From the NCBI RefSeq assembly GCF_016026235.1, contig NZ_CP065613.1: a DNA stretch of 64,000 nt. One strand, 5' to 3'. How positions within the stretch are numbered: the first letter of the stretch is position 1; each line of letters begins with the position of its first letter. The notes beneath the pieces were generated by a model. That model had not been told where the DNA came from, did no database searches, and saw nothing but the letters and a program-made list of their open reading frames with translations. Shown in pieces: positions 36,738 to 46,384 of this stretch. A program made the position numbers and the translations under genes. This DNA is from Escherichia coli. Lineage in GTDB: Bacteria > Pseudomonadota > Gammaproteobacteria > Enterobacterales > Enterobacteriaceae.

Positions 36738-38006
36738 ATGTCTGTAGTGATATCAGGTGCGCTGACTGATGGCGCAGGTATCCCCATGTCCGGATACCAT
36801 ATTATTCTGAAATCCCGGGTAAACACCCCGGAAGTGGTTATGCACACTGTTGCTGATGTGATGACAGGAAACGATGGTGAATACTGTTTCCATGCGCGGA
36901 CTGGAAAATATGGTGTGTATCTGAAACAGGACTGGCGCAACGAGTACAACGTTGGCGACATTGCTGTATATGAGGACTCAAAGCCCGGCACGCTGAATGA
37001 CTTTCTGATTGCTCCTGATGAGGGCGACCTGAAACCGGATGTCGTCAAACGCTTTGAGGAAATGGTGGCGCAGGCGCAGCAGAGCGCCGGGGCCGCAGCC
37101 GGAAACGCACAGCAGACGGCGCAGGATGTGGCGGCAGCCGCAGGTTATGCCCGCGCAGCAGAACAGGCCAAAAATGACATTGATGCTGCGCTGACCGGCA
37201 CTCTGAAAACGGCTAACCATCTGTCTGAAATCGCAGCAGCAGGCGAAAAGGCACAACAGAAGTCCCGGGATAATCTGGGGCTGAAAAGTGCAGCCACGAT
37301 GGAAGCACAGAGCGACATTTACGACCGGACAAAAGGCCGTCTGGCGATACCCGGCGCATTCGGCTTTGGGCGTGCTTTTCTGCCTGAAGATGTTATCCGT
37401 TTTGACACTAAGAGTGATTTCCTGGCCTGGGTAAGGAATGCGCTGCCAGGTGAATATTCCGTTGCTGGCCCCTACGACATCATCATACCCGACACACGGT
37501 TTGAAGGGGTGCTCAGCATCCGGTGGACTGATGCACGCCCTGAGACAACAGAACCGCGGTACAGAGCCAAATCCCTTACTTTTTACGGCATTAACGGCCC
37601 CATTTATCACACCCGCTACTGCTACTGGCCCATATCCAGACTGACTGGCTGGGTGAAAATAAATATAACCACAGAAGATATTATTTACAGAATCGTGGCG
37701 AGCTCTGTCCGCAACAGATGGGGAGACCCTGACATTGGCGGGCTGATTATTGCTGCGTACCAGGGAGAAGCTGACGGTGATAAAGTCATCAGACTTGTCA
37801 GGGGGCAGTCATACAGAGGCTCACGACTGGGACCGGTGGGGATTTCAGTGCCCAGTACTCCCACCGGAACGTATATAGCATCCCCACAATTTTTCATTAC
37901 GGGATGTTCAGAGCATTCATTACCGGGGTCATATTGCGCCCTGTCCGGGGTGCCGGATGCACATGTCTCTGGCGCAATGCCCGGGCTTTTTATTCGCACA
38001 TCGTGA
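36738..38006 (+). CDS. tail fibre protein 2 (prophage tail-fibre N-terminal domain, Stf-like)
   Basis: MSVVISGALTDGAGIPMSGYHIILKSRVNTPEVV... N-domain plus an Ala/Gln-rich coiled region typical of side tail fibres. Confidence 0.7.
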   Translation: MSVVISGALTDGAGIPMSGYHIILKSRVNTPEVVMHTVADVMTGNDGEYCFHARTGKYGVYLKQDWRNEYNVGDIAVYEDSKPGTLNDFLIAPDEGDLKPDVVKRFEEMVAQAQQSAGAAAGNAQQTAQDVAAAAGYARAAEQAKNDIDAALTGTLKTANHLSEIAAAGEKAQQKSRDNLGLKSAATMEAQSDIYDRTKGRLAIPGAFGFGRAFLPEDVIRFDTKSDFLAWVRNALPGEYSVAGPYDIIIPDTRFEGVLSIRWTDARPETTEPRYRAKSLTFYGINGPIYHTRYCYWPISRLTGWVKINITTEDIIYRIVASSVRNRWGDPDIGGLIIAAYQGEADGDKVIRLVRGQSYRGSRLGPVGISVPSTPTGTYIASPQFFITGCSEHSLPGSYCALSGVPDAHVSGAMPGLFIRTS

Positions 38007-38016
38007 GGAATGCACC

Positions 38017-38580
38017 GTGGAAATTAAAAAAATCATTAATCCCCGTTATACCGAAAGTGGCGCAGTAGACTGTGACGTTTTTTTTGACGACAGGGACCAG
38101 GCAGTTCCCTACACAGCCACCGCTGATGATGTCGCACCGACGGGTCAGCAAATCTGGCAGGAACTGCAAAGTGGCAAATGGGGTGAGATAGCCCCATTCA
38201 CTGTGACACCAGAAATGCTGGAAGCGGCCAGAGAGGCCAGACGTCAGGAAATTGAAGCATGGCGCACAGAACAGGAGGCGAAGCCGTTCACGTTTGAATG
38301 GAACGGTCGTATCTGGAATGCTGGCCCCGACTCACTGGGCCGCCTGTCCCCGGTAGTCATGCTGGCAAAATCTGTCACAGCACAAACACATATGGCGTGG
38401 AGCGATGCCGATAATCAGCAGGTGAAACTGTCGATGCCGGAACTGGAAGAACTGGCGGCAGCAATGGTGCAGGCGCAGGTCGATCGCAACGATGAGATTT
38501 ATCGCCGTCAGCGTGAAATGAAAGAGGAGCTGAGCGGTCTGGATGATTTGGCTTCAATTCGGGCGTTTGACGTTGAGTAA
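38017..38580 (+). CDS. tail fibre assembly-like protein 2 (GTG start)
   Basis: GTG 38017 lies 6 nt after SD GAGGAA. 187 aa with a Tfa-like C-terminal helix region. The track start 37957 overlaps the fibre gene by 50 nt. Confidence 0.55.
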   Translation: MEIKKIINPRYTESGAVDCDVFFDDRDQAVPYTATADDVAPTGQQIWQELQSGKWGEIAPFTVTPEMLEAAREARRQEIEAWRTEQEAKPFTFEWNGRIWNAGPDSLGRLSPVVMLAKSVTAQTHMAWSDADNQQVKLSMPELEELAAAMVQAQVDRNDEIYRRQREMKEELSGLDDLASIRAFDVE

Positions 38581-38696
38581 TGAATAAGCCGCAACTGGCG
38601 GAATCACAGAAGACCGCTTTGCTTACCGAAGCGGAGTCTGTCATCCGGCCGCCGGGGCGTGCTGTCAGGCTGAACAGGGAAACGGATGAATCCGGG

Positions 38697-38723
38697 GAGG
38701 CCCGGGGGCGGGCCTCTGTTTTT
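38697..38723 (+). terminator. late-operon intrinsic terminator
   Basis: GAGGCCCG-gggg-CGGGCCTC followed by TGTTTTT. Confidence 0.7.
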
Positions 38724-38759
38724 CCGGAGTCAGTCCGGTCTGTGGTTTATGCGATGTGA

Positions 38760-40586
38760 TTATGAATGGTGCAGTTGTGAGCCGTTTTCAGGCAATCGCA
38801 GGGCCAGTACCTCGTCAGTCAGCTGACGGTAAATCTGCTGTTCAGTCTCACGCATCACCTGTGCACCGGCTTCCCTCTCCGCATCCGCATCACCGCTCAG
38901 ACCTGATGCTTTCAGCCGGTCAGCCACCCTCTGAGGGTACTCATTCTCCAGCATCTCATATTTCTGCTCTTCTGCCAGCGCCCAGCGGTCAGCTTCCGTA
39001 CGCTTCAGTACAGCATGCCATGGTCCCCAGAGGGAGAACCAGTCCGTAAATTCATTCTCTTCACGGCTTCTGACCATGGCTTCGGCAGTGCGGAGGTCAT
39101 TTGCTGTCACTCCCGACACGCCATAGAAACGCATTTCCTTCACGGCAGTGGAGAGCTGAAGTTTCTCTGCGAGCATGGTCTGGAAGGCCAGGTAGACTTC
39201 TATCTCATCCACAAAATGGAGAGTTCTGACTTTATCCCGGGCAATGTCCTCCAGAATTTCGAGGCGGAACATTTCCCTGCCCAGGGAGAGCAGAGCGCCG
39301 GTATCATTATCGAAAAGGCCTTCTGATGCCTGATGGACCAGGAGGGTTTTCCGGAGATTGTTCCATGTGAGCGCGACACGGTCCTCACAGCTCTCAGTGG
39401 CATCAGCAGCAACAGCGAAAGACTGCTGTCGAAGCTCCGCAGAGGCACTGAGTTTTTCCAGCCATGCAGCGACCTGTTCACGGAATCCGGAGGTATTGCG
39501 TGCAGAGACGGTATCGGAAAGGCGGTCAAGGAACGCGGAGAATGCCCGGGAATTCTCCTCGGTGGAAAAAGAAGTCCATTGTGTAGAAACCTCCCGACGA
39601 TCTGCTTCAGGAAACCAGGCTGCCACAGTTTCGGGAAGAGGGGGGATCTGAAAGTTCTGCCCCCCTTCAGTGATGACTCTGATATGGCGCGAATGTAAAT
39701 TTTGCGGCAACATCTGGCGTAAAAACAGTCTGTTTTGGTCTGACAGGGAAATACGAAACTGAGGCCCGTTAAAATTTGGAACCGAAGTTTGCTGTATTAA
39801 GAATAGCAGAGTTTGATCTGATAAGGGGTTATTTGCAATCTCAATAGTTATATGAGGATCTAAACGAAAAAGATTTGTCGGGATTGTAGTTATTTGGTTG
39901 TTTTCAAAATAAAAAAATCTTCTCATGATAATATTTTCTTGGATGTTTGGTAAGTTGCTTAATCTATTGCTATATGCAAAAAGAAGTTGCAGTCTCCTAG
40001 GTAAAGGGGGCAGTTCAGTAAGATGGTTGTGCGCAACCTTAAGTATCTTAAGATTAGAAGGCAGAGATGGAAGAGTTTGCAGTTCGTTGTTCCTAACCTC
40101 AAGTTTTTTTAAATTCAAGGGTAATGAAGGCAGTGTGGATAACCTATTATACTCTGCGCTTAGTGATTTGATGGTGTCTGGTAATAACGGCAGATTCTCT
40201 AATTGATTTTCGGACACATCCAAAGTTATTAGATAATGTGGTAATGCAGATATATGTGTTAAGAAATTATCTCTTGCAATAAGTTCTTTAATATTTTCAG
40301 GTAAATCAGTAAGGATGGTTAATTTATTACAGCTCACATCAAGCTTTTTAATGCAAGCAGGGAGTACAGGTAACGAGGAAAGCGCCAAGGCTCGCAGGTC
40401 CAGTTTATGCCCCTTAGAGGTAAGACATGCACGAAGTCTTCTTACCGCCTCAGTACGCTGTTCTTCCGGTAACCCCTGTTTCTCCCAATCATCCCATTCG
40501 GACAAATAATGGTTGGGGGATGTAATTGTGCTGATATGTGGAAATAAACAGGATGAAATATTTCTGAGCATATTAATTTCTCGCAT
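38760..40586 (-). CDS. ipaH: IpaH-family type III effector: N-terminal LRR domain + C-terminal novel E3 ubiquitin ligase (NEL) domain
   Basis: The C-terminal ~300 aa (FSAFLDRLSDTVSARNTSGFREQVAAWLEKLSASAELRQQSFAVAADATESCEDRVALTWNNLRK...LHHS) match the invariant IpaH NEL domain, including the catalytic Cys region. The N-half has LxxLPxLPxxL repeats and is markedly AT-rich. A likely alternative start is ATG 40571 (MLRNISS...). Confidence 0.95.
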   Translation of the reverse strand: MREINMLRNISSCLFPHISTITSPNHYLSEWDDWEKQGLPEEQRTEAVRRLRACLTSKGHKLDLRALALSSLPVLPACIKKLDVSCNKLTILTDLPENIKELIARDNFLTHISALPHYLITLDVSENQLENLPLLPDTIKSLSAEYNRLSTLPSLPLNLKKLEVRNNELQTLPSLPSNLKILKVAHNHLTELPPLPRRLQLLFAYSNRLSNLPNIQENIIMRRFFYFENNQITTIPTNLFRLDPHITIEIANNPLSDQTLLFLIQQTSVPNFNGPQFRISLSDQNRLFLRQMLPQNLHSRHIRVITEGGQNFQIPPLPETVAAWFPEADRREVSTQWTSFSTEENSRAFSAFLDRLSDTVSARNTSGFREQVAAWLEKLSASAELRQQSFAVAADATESCEDRVALTWNNLRKTLLVHQASEGLFDNDTGALLSLGREMFRLEILEDIARDKVRTLHFVDEIEVYLAFQTMLAEKLQLSTAVKEMRFYGVSGVTANDLRTAEAMVRSREENEFTDWFSLWGPWHAVLKRTEADRWALAEEQKYEMLENEYPQRVADRLKASGLSGDADAEREAGAQVMRETEQQIYRQLTDEVLALRLPENGSQLHHS

Positions 40587-40935
40587 ATGGATATGGAATT
40601 AGATTGTGAATAAATTGTATTTAATGTATCTCTCCTAATGAGGAGGGTGTTTCAGAATATTCGCCATAAGGGAATGAGTGTTATATCATGCTTTCTACCC
40701 TGGTAAGTATATTTGCTTTTTTCGTATATTTGGTTCATCTTTTTTTGATGTTTTACATATTCACAATGCAGAGGATTTATACCAGAAGACATTAGTCTTG
40801 AGTAAGATACTACAACATCTCCAACTATTTTAGCCAGCCTGACTACTTGACTTGGTAATATTCGTTGCTAATAATCATGTATAAAATAAGCTTATATACA
40901 TAGTAACTTCAGCAAAGGATTTAGTAATGATCCAA

Positions 40936-40978
40936 ATCATATCTCAATGTACTGTTTTTTTCTTTAAAAAAACAGTAC
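40936..40978 (-). promoter_or_regulatory. candidate MxiE-box promoter reading toward ipaH
   Basis: The minus strand at 40978-40962 reads GTACTGTTTTTTTAAAG versus the remembered MxiE-box consensus GTATCGTTTTTTTANAG (15/17). TATGAT (40941-40936) lies exactly 20 nt downstream, matching the -49/-33 box and -10 geometry. It sits ~340-360 nt upstream of the ipaH ATG. Confidence 0.45.
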
Positions 40979-41076
40979 ATTCTATTTTATAATGACTGTG
41001 TATTCCCATGGAAGGAGATCACCCAATTCTCCCCCCCGACTTTTGACGCAGTGTCTTGTTAACAGGGGGATTTACC

Positions 41077-41208
41077 ATGCTTATTGGCTATGTACGCGTA
41101 TCAACAAATGACCAGAATACCGATCTACAACGTAATGCGTTTATTTGTGCCGGAAGTGAGTTGATTGTTGAGCGAATGGGAAGTTGGCCAGAAGTTGTTA
41201 TGGCATAG
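41077..41208 (+). pseudogene. pin: N-terminal fragment of a Hin/Pin/Gin-type serine DNA invertase
   Basis: MLIGYVRVSTNDQNTDLQRNAFICAG... contains the catalytic-Ser motif YVRVST. It then diverges and stops after 43 codons; full-length invertases are ~190 aa. Confidence 0.7.
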
Positions 41209-41458
41209 TGTTTACGGTCGTTAATACAGGTAAACAAAAGCGGGGAGAGTCATACTCCCTGAATAGTCGCGAAAATATCTGTGGCATTGTCAAATTCGTG
41301 TCGGTGACTAATATTTTAGTAATATGCCATTCGAAATGGAGTGCTAACTTATTGATTTAATTGATGTGCGATATTGTATTTTATCGTGTTTTGTTGTCTG
41401 TTTTTTATCCAGTAAGTGTTGTTATGTGTATGAAAGATAAGGGATTTATCATTTTTGA

Positions 41459-42463
<1,005 letters not shown>

Positions 42464-42503
42464 CCGCTGATTTACCCGGCGCAGTCTCTCCTGCGCCGGT
42501 GTA

Positions 42504-43457
42504 TTAACCTATTTCCTGTAACGCATGTCTCTGGCGTTCGACGATATTGGTCCACAAATTGTCTTTATCGTCAGTCCACAAATTAATCAGCAAGGCAAAA
42601 AAGCGTTCTGCTGCCGGAGAAAGCACGGCATCTTTGCGGCGAATAATCCCCAATGTCCGACGTATAACGGGTTCCACCAGTGGGATACCAATAATCGAAG
42701 AATAGGGCGCATGGGGCATTGCCAGACCAGGAAGCGCTGAAATCCCCAGTCCTGCCTCCACCAGTCCTAATGACGTCGAAAGATGACGCACTTCGTAAAA
42801 CCAGTCCAGCTTCCAGGGCTTGTCGGCTAGCTGTTGTTCTATCAACAGTCGGTTGCCGCTGGAGGAGCGTACGCCAATCATTTTGTAACCCACTAACTCC
42901 TGCCATTCTACAAGCTGCTTTTTAGCCAATGGATGGTCACGCCGACAGGCCAGCACGAACGGCTCGTTGACCAGTGGGGTAAAATCAATGGATGAATTTG
43001 TGACGTTGTTCATGTTTATGCCAAAGTCTGATTCGTTACACAGCACCGATTCCATGCAATTATTCGTGCCTTGTTCCAGAATCCGCACTTTAATATTGGG
43101 ATACAGCTCATTAAATTTACCGATTGCCAGCGGTAAAAAATAAAATACTGCGGTCGGAATACACGCTAACGTCACCATACCACGATGATAAGCATTCATA
43201 TCACGAATATTAAAAAGCGTTTCATCGAATTTCTTTATTAATTCCCGCGCCTCCGGGAGCAACCTTTTTCCTGCTTTTGTTAACGTAACCTTGCGAGTTG
43301 TACGCTCAAATAGTTGAATATGTAAATCTTCCTCCATCTTTTTTATTCTTCGCGTTAATGCAGGTTGCGTAATGTTTAGTAATTTAGCGGCATTGTTAAA
43401 TGAACTGGACTCTGCCAGTATGACAAATGCCTTCATACTTGATAATTCATGCTTCAT
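42504..43457 (-). CDS. ybhD: LysR-family transcriptional regulator YbhD
   Basis: 317 aa from ATG 43457 (MKHELSSMKAFVILAE...) with an HTH. Divergent from ybhH, as in K-12. Confidence 0.9.
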   Translation of the reverse strand: MKHELSSMKAFVILAESSSFNNAAKLLNITQPALTRRIKKMEEDLHIQLFERTTRKVTLTKAGKRLLPEARELIKKFDETLFNIRDMNAYHRGMVTLACIPTAVFYFLPLAIGKFNELYPNIKVRILEQGTNNCMESVLCNESDFGINMNNVTNSSIDFTPLVNEPFVLACRRDHPLAKKQLVEWQELVGYKMIGVRSSSGNRLLIEQQLADKPWKLDWFYEVRHLSTSLGLVEAGLGISALPGLAMPHAPYSSIIGIPLVEPVIRRTLGIIRRKDAVLSPAAERFFALLINLWTDDKDNLWTNIVERQRHALQEIG

Positions 43458-43640
43458 TATTACTCCGGAAAATGGAAGCGTTGATTTTGGGTGGCTGGCC
43501 CTTAAAAATTTTAACTGCATTTAGCCAACTTAAATTAATGAAAAAATGTTATTAATCGTTGAGCTAAAGTCATTAGAGATGCTTTGCCCTTAATGTAACC
43601 ATATCGCAATAAGTTATGTTTTTAAATTGAGGGCATTATT

Positions 43641-44693
43641 ATGAAAAAAATACCCTGCGTGATGATGCGAGGTGGAACCTCGAGGGGCGCGTTCCTGTTA
43701 GCGGAACATTTACCCGAAGATCAAACGCAGCGCGATAAAATATTGATGGCAATTATGGGTTCCGGTAACGATCTGGAAATTGACGGTATTGGCGGCGGTA
43801 ATCCGCTGACCAGTAAAGTCGCCATTATTAGCCGCTCCAGCGATCCGCGTGCAGATGTCGATTATCTGTTTGCTCAAGTTATCGTCCATGAGCAACGTGT
43901 CGATACCACGCCTAACTGCGGCAATATGCTGTCTGGCGTTGGGGCATTCGCCATTGAAAATGGTTTGATTGCAGCGACTTCGCCAGTTACCCGCGTACGT
44001 ATCCGCAACGTCAATACGGGTACGTTCATCGAAGCTGATGTGCAAACGCCAAATGGTGTTGTCGAGTACGAGGGTAGCGCCAGAATTGACGGCGTACCGG
44101 GTACTGCCGCACCGGTTGCGCTCACTTTCCTGAATGCCGCCGGAACGAAAACCGGAAAAATCTTCCCAACGGATAATCAGATTGATTATTTTGACGATGT
44201 CCCGGTGACCTGTATCGATATGGCGATGCCAGTTGTCATTATTCCGGCTGAATATCTGGGAAAAACAGGTTATGAATTACCGGCGGAACTGGATGCCGAC
44301 AAAGCATTATTAGCCCGCATTGAATCTATCCGTCTACAAGCGGGTAAAGCAATGGGCTTAGGTGATGTCAGTAATATGGTTATCCCTAAACCTGTGCTTA
44401 TTTCTCCAGCGCAGAAAGGCGGGGCAATTAATGTGCGTTATTTTATGCCGCATTCTTGCCATCGCGCGCTGGCGATAACCGGTGCTATTGCTATTTCCAG
44501 TAGTTGTGCATTGGAAGGCACCGTCACCCGACAAATCGTCCCTTCTGTAGGATATGGCAATATCAATATTGAACACCCCAGTGGTGCGCTCGACGTTCAT
44601 TTAAGTAATGAAGGTCAGGATGCCACGACGTTACGCGCATCTGTTATTCGGACGACCAGAAAAATATTTTCCGGTGAAGTTTATCTTCCCTGA
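43641..44693 (+). CDS. ybhH: PrpF-family isomerase-like protein YbhH
   Basis: 350 aa. Synteny and sequence memory. Confidence 0.9.
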   Translation: MKKIPCVMMRGGTSRGAFLLAEHLPEDQTQRDKILMAIMGSGNDLEIDGIGGGNPLTSKVAIISRSSDPRADVDYLFAQVIVHEQRVDTTPNCGNMLSGVGAFAIENGLIAATSPVTRVRIRNVNTGTFIEADVQTPNGVVEYEGSARIDGVPGTAAPVALTFLNAAGTKTGKIFPTDNQIDYFDDVPVTCIDMAMPVVIIPAEYLGKTGYELPAELDADKALLARIESIRLQAGKAMGLGDVSNMVIPKPVLISPAQKGGAINVRYFMPHSCHRALAITGAIAISSSCALEGTVTRQIVPSVGYGNINIEHPSGALDVHLSNEGQDATTLRASVIRTTRKIFSGEVYLP

Positions 44694-44768
44694 AAAAATT
44701 CGTTGTCAGGATAAGGACAATCAATAAAGGACTTCTGTATGAGTCATACAGAAAGAACAGGATTTTAA

Positions 44769-46202
44769 ATGAATAAGAAATCGTTATGGAAGCTAATTCT
44801 GATATTAGCGATCCCATGTATTATTGGCTTTATGCCAGCTCCGGCAGGATTAAGCGAACTGGCGTGGGTGCTTTTTGGTATTTACCTGGCGGCCATTGTG
44901 GGGCTGGTTATCAAGCCTTTCCCGGAACCTGTCGTACTGTTAATTGCCGTTGCTGCCTCCATGGTGGTGGTCGGTAACTTATCCGACGGTGCGTTTAAGA
45001 CCACCGCCGTATTAAGCGGTTACTCTTCAGGTACTACCTGGCTGGTGTTCTCGGCGTTTACCTTAAGCGCCGCATTTGTGACCACCGGTTTAGGTAAACG
45101 TATTGCCTATCTGCTGATTGGTAAAATCGGTAACACCACGCTGGGTCTGGGTTACGTTACGGTATTCCTCGATCTGGTATTGGCTCCGGCAACACCGTCT
45201 AACACCGCGCGTGCGGGCGGCATTGTGTTACCGATCATCAACAGCGTGGCGGTGGCTTTGGGGTCCGAACCGGAAAAAAGTCCGCGTCGTGTCGGACATT
45301 ACCTGATGATGTCCATTTACATGGTCACCAAAACCACCAGCTATATGTTCTTTACCGCAATGGCGGGGAACATTCTGGCGCTGAAAATGATCAACGACAT
45401 TCTGCACCTGCAAATTAGCTGGGGTGGATGGGCGCTGGCCTCCGGATTGCCGGGCATCATTATGCTGCTGGTCACCCCGCTGGTGATTTACACCATGTAT
45501 CCACCAGAAATTAAGAAGGTGGATAACAAAACCATCGCTAAAGCGGGTCTTGCCGAACTGGGACCGATGAAAATCCGCGAAAAAATGCTGCTCGGTGTCT
45601 TTGTGCTGGCGCTGCTGGGCTGGATTTTCAGTAAGTCTCTGGGGGTTGATGAATCTTCAGTGGCTATTGTTGTTATGGCGACCATGCTGCTGCTGGGTAT
45701 CGTTACCTGGGAAGACGTGGTTAAAAATAAAGGCGGCTGGAATACCTTAATCTGGTACGGCGGTATTATCGGCTTAAGTTCCTTATTATCGAAAGTTAAA
45801 TTCTTCGAATGGTTAGCTGAAGTCTTTAAAAATAACCTGGCATTTGATGGTCACGGAAACGTTGCTTTCTTCGTTATTATTTTCCTCAGCATCATCGTGC
45901 GTTATTTCTTCGCTTCCGGTAGTGCCTATATCGTTGCTATGTTACCGGTATTTGCCATGCTGGCGAACGTCTCCGGCGCACCGTTAATGTTAACCGCGCT
46001 GGCACTGTTGTTCTCCAACTCCTATGGCGGCATGGTTACTCACTATGGCGGCGCGGCAGGTCCGGTCATCTTTGGCGTGGGTTATAACGATATTAAATCC
46101 TGGTGGTTGGTCGGTGCGGTACTGACGATATTAACCTTCCTGGTGCATATCACCCTCGGAGTGTGGTGGTGGAATATGCTGATCGGCTGGAACATGCTGT
46201 AA
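44769..46202 (+). CDS. ybhI: DASS-family (divalent anion:Na+ symporter-like) transporter YbhI
   Basis: 477 aa, polytopic membrane protein. Synteny. Confidence 0.9.
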   Translation: MNKKSLWKLILILAIPCIIGFMPAPAGLSELAWVLFGIYLAAIVGLVIKPFPEPVVLLIAVAASMVVVGNLSDGAFKTTAVLSGYSSGTTWLVFSAFTLSAAFVTTGLGKRIAYLLIGKIGNTTLGLGYVTVFLDLVLAPATPSNTARAGGIVLPIINSVAVALGSEPEKSPRRVGHYLMMSIYMVTKTTSYMFFTAMAGNILALKMINDILHLQISWGGWALASGLPGIIMLLVTPLVIYTMYPPEIKKVDNKTIAKAGLAELGPMKIREKMLLGVFVLALLGWIFSKSLGVDESSVAIVVMATMLLLGIVTWEDVVKNKGGWNTLIWYGGIIGLSSLLSKVKFFEWLAEVFKNNLAFDGHGNVAFFVIIFLSIIVRYFFASGSAYIVAMLPVFAMLANVSGAPLMLTALALLFSNSYGGMVTHYGGAAGPVIFGVGYNDIKSWWLVGAVLTILTFLVHITLGVWWWNMLIGWNML

Positions 46203-46203
46203 A

Positions 46204-46330
46204 TATACTCGTCATACTTCAAGTTGCATGTGCTGAGTCTGCGTTCGCTCACCCCAGTCACTTACTTATGTAAGCTCCTGGGGATTCACTCGCTTGTCGC
46301 CTTCCTGCAACTCGAATTATTTAGAGTATA
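46204..46330. repeat. ERIC (IRU) element, 127 bp
   Basis: Contains ATGTAAGCTCCTGGGGATTCAC (ERIC1R primer sequence) and CGCTCACCCCAGTCACTTACTT (reverse complement of ERIC2). Termini are TATACTC...GAGTATA. Confidence 0.9.
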
Positions 46331-46384
46331 TCCATTTATTATCTTTCTGCGCACTTCACGGTGCGCAGATATCTGGAGCATTTA

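Noticed and set aside
38580-38759. 59-codon ORF ([32 protein letters not shown]...) after the second Tfa-like gene
   Set aside because: It contains the late-operon terminator hairpin and has only faint resemblance to the C-terminal helix of Tfa proteins. Probably a decayed fragment at the ipaH cassette junction, not a functional gene.
40733-40750. Second MxiE-box-like T-run (TTCATCTTTTTTTGATG) closer to ipaH
   Set aside because: It is on the plus strand, the wrong orientation for ipaH, and matches the consensus at only about 11 of 17 positions. The AT-rich context makes such runs common.
41020-41076. Possible Hin-family crossover site (TTCTCCCCCCCGACTTTTGACG) upstream of the invertase fragment
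   Set aside because: Only the left TTCTC half resembles hix/gix/cix/pix sites. The central AAACC..GGTTT core is absent, so this is not convincing.
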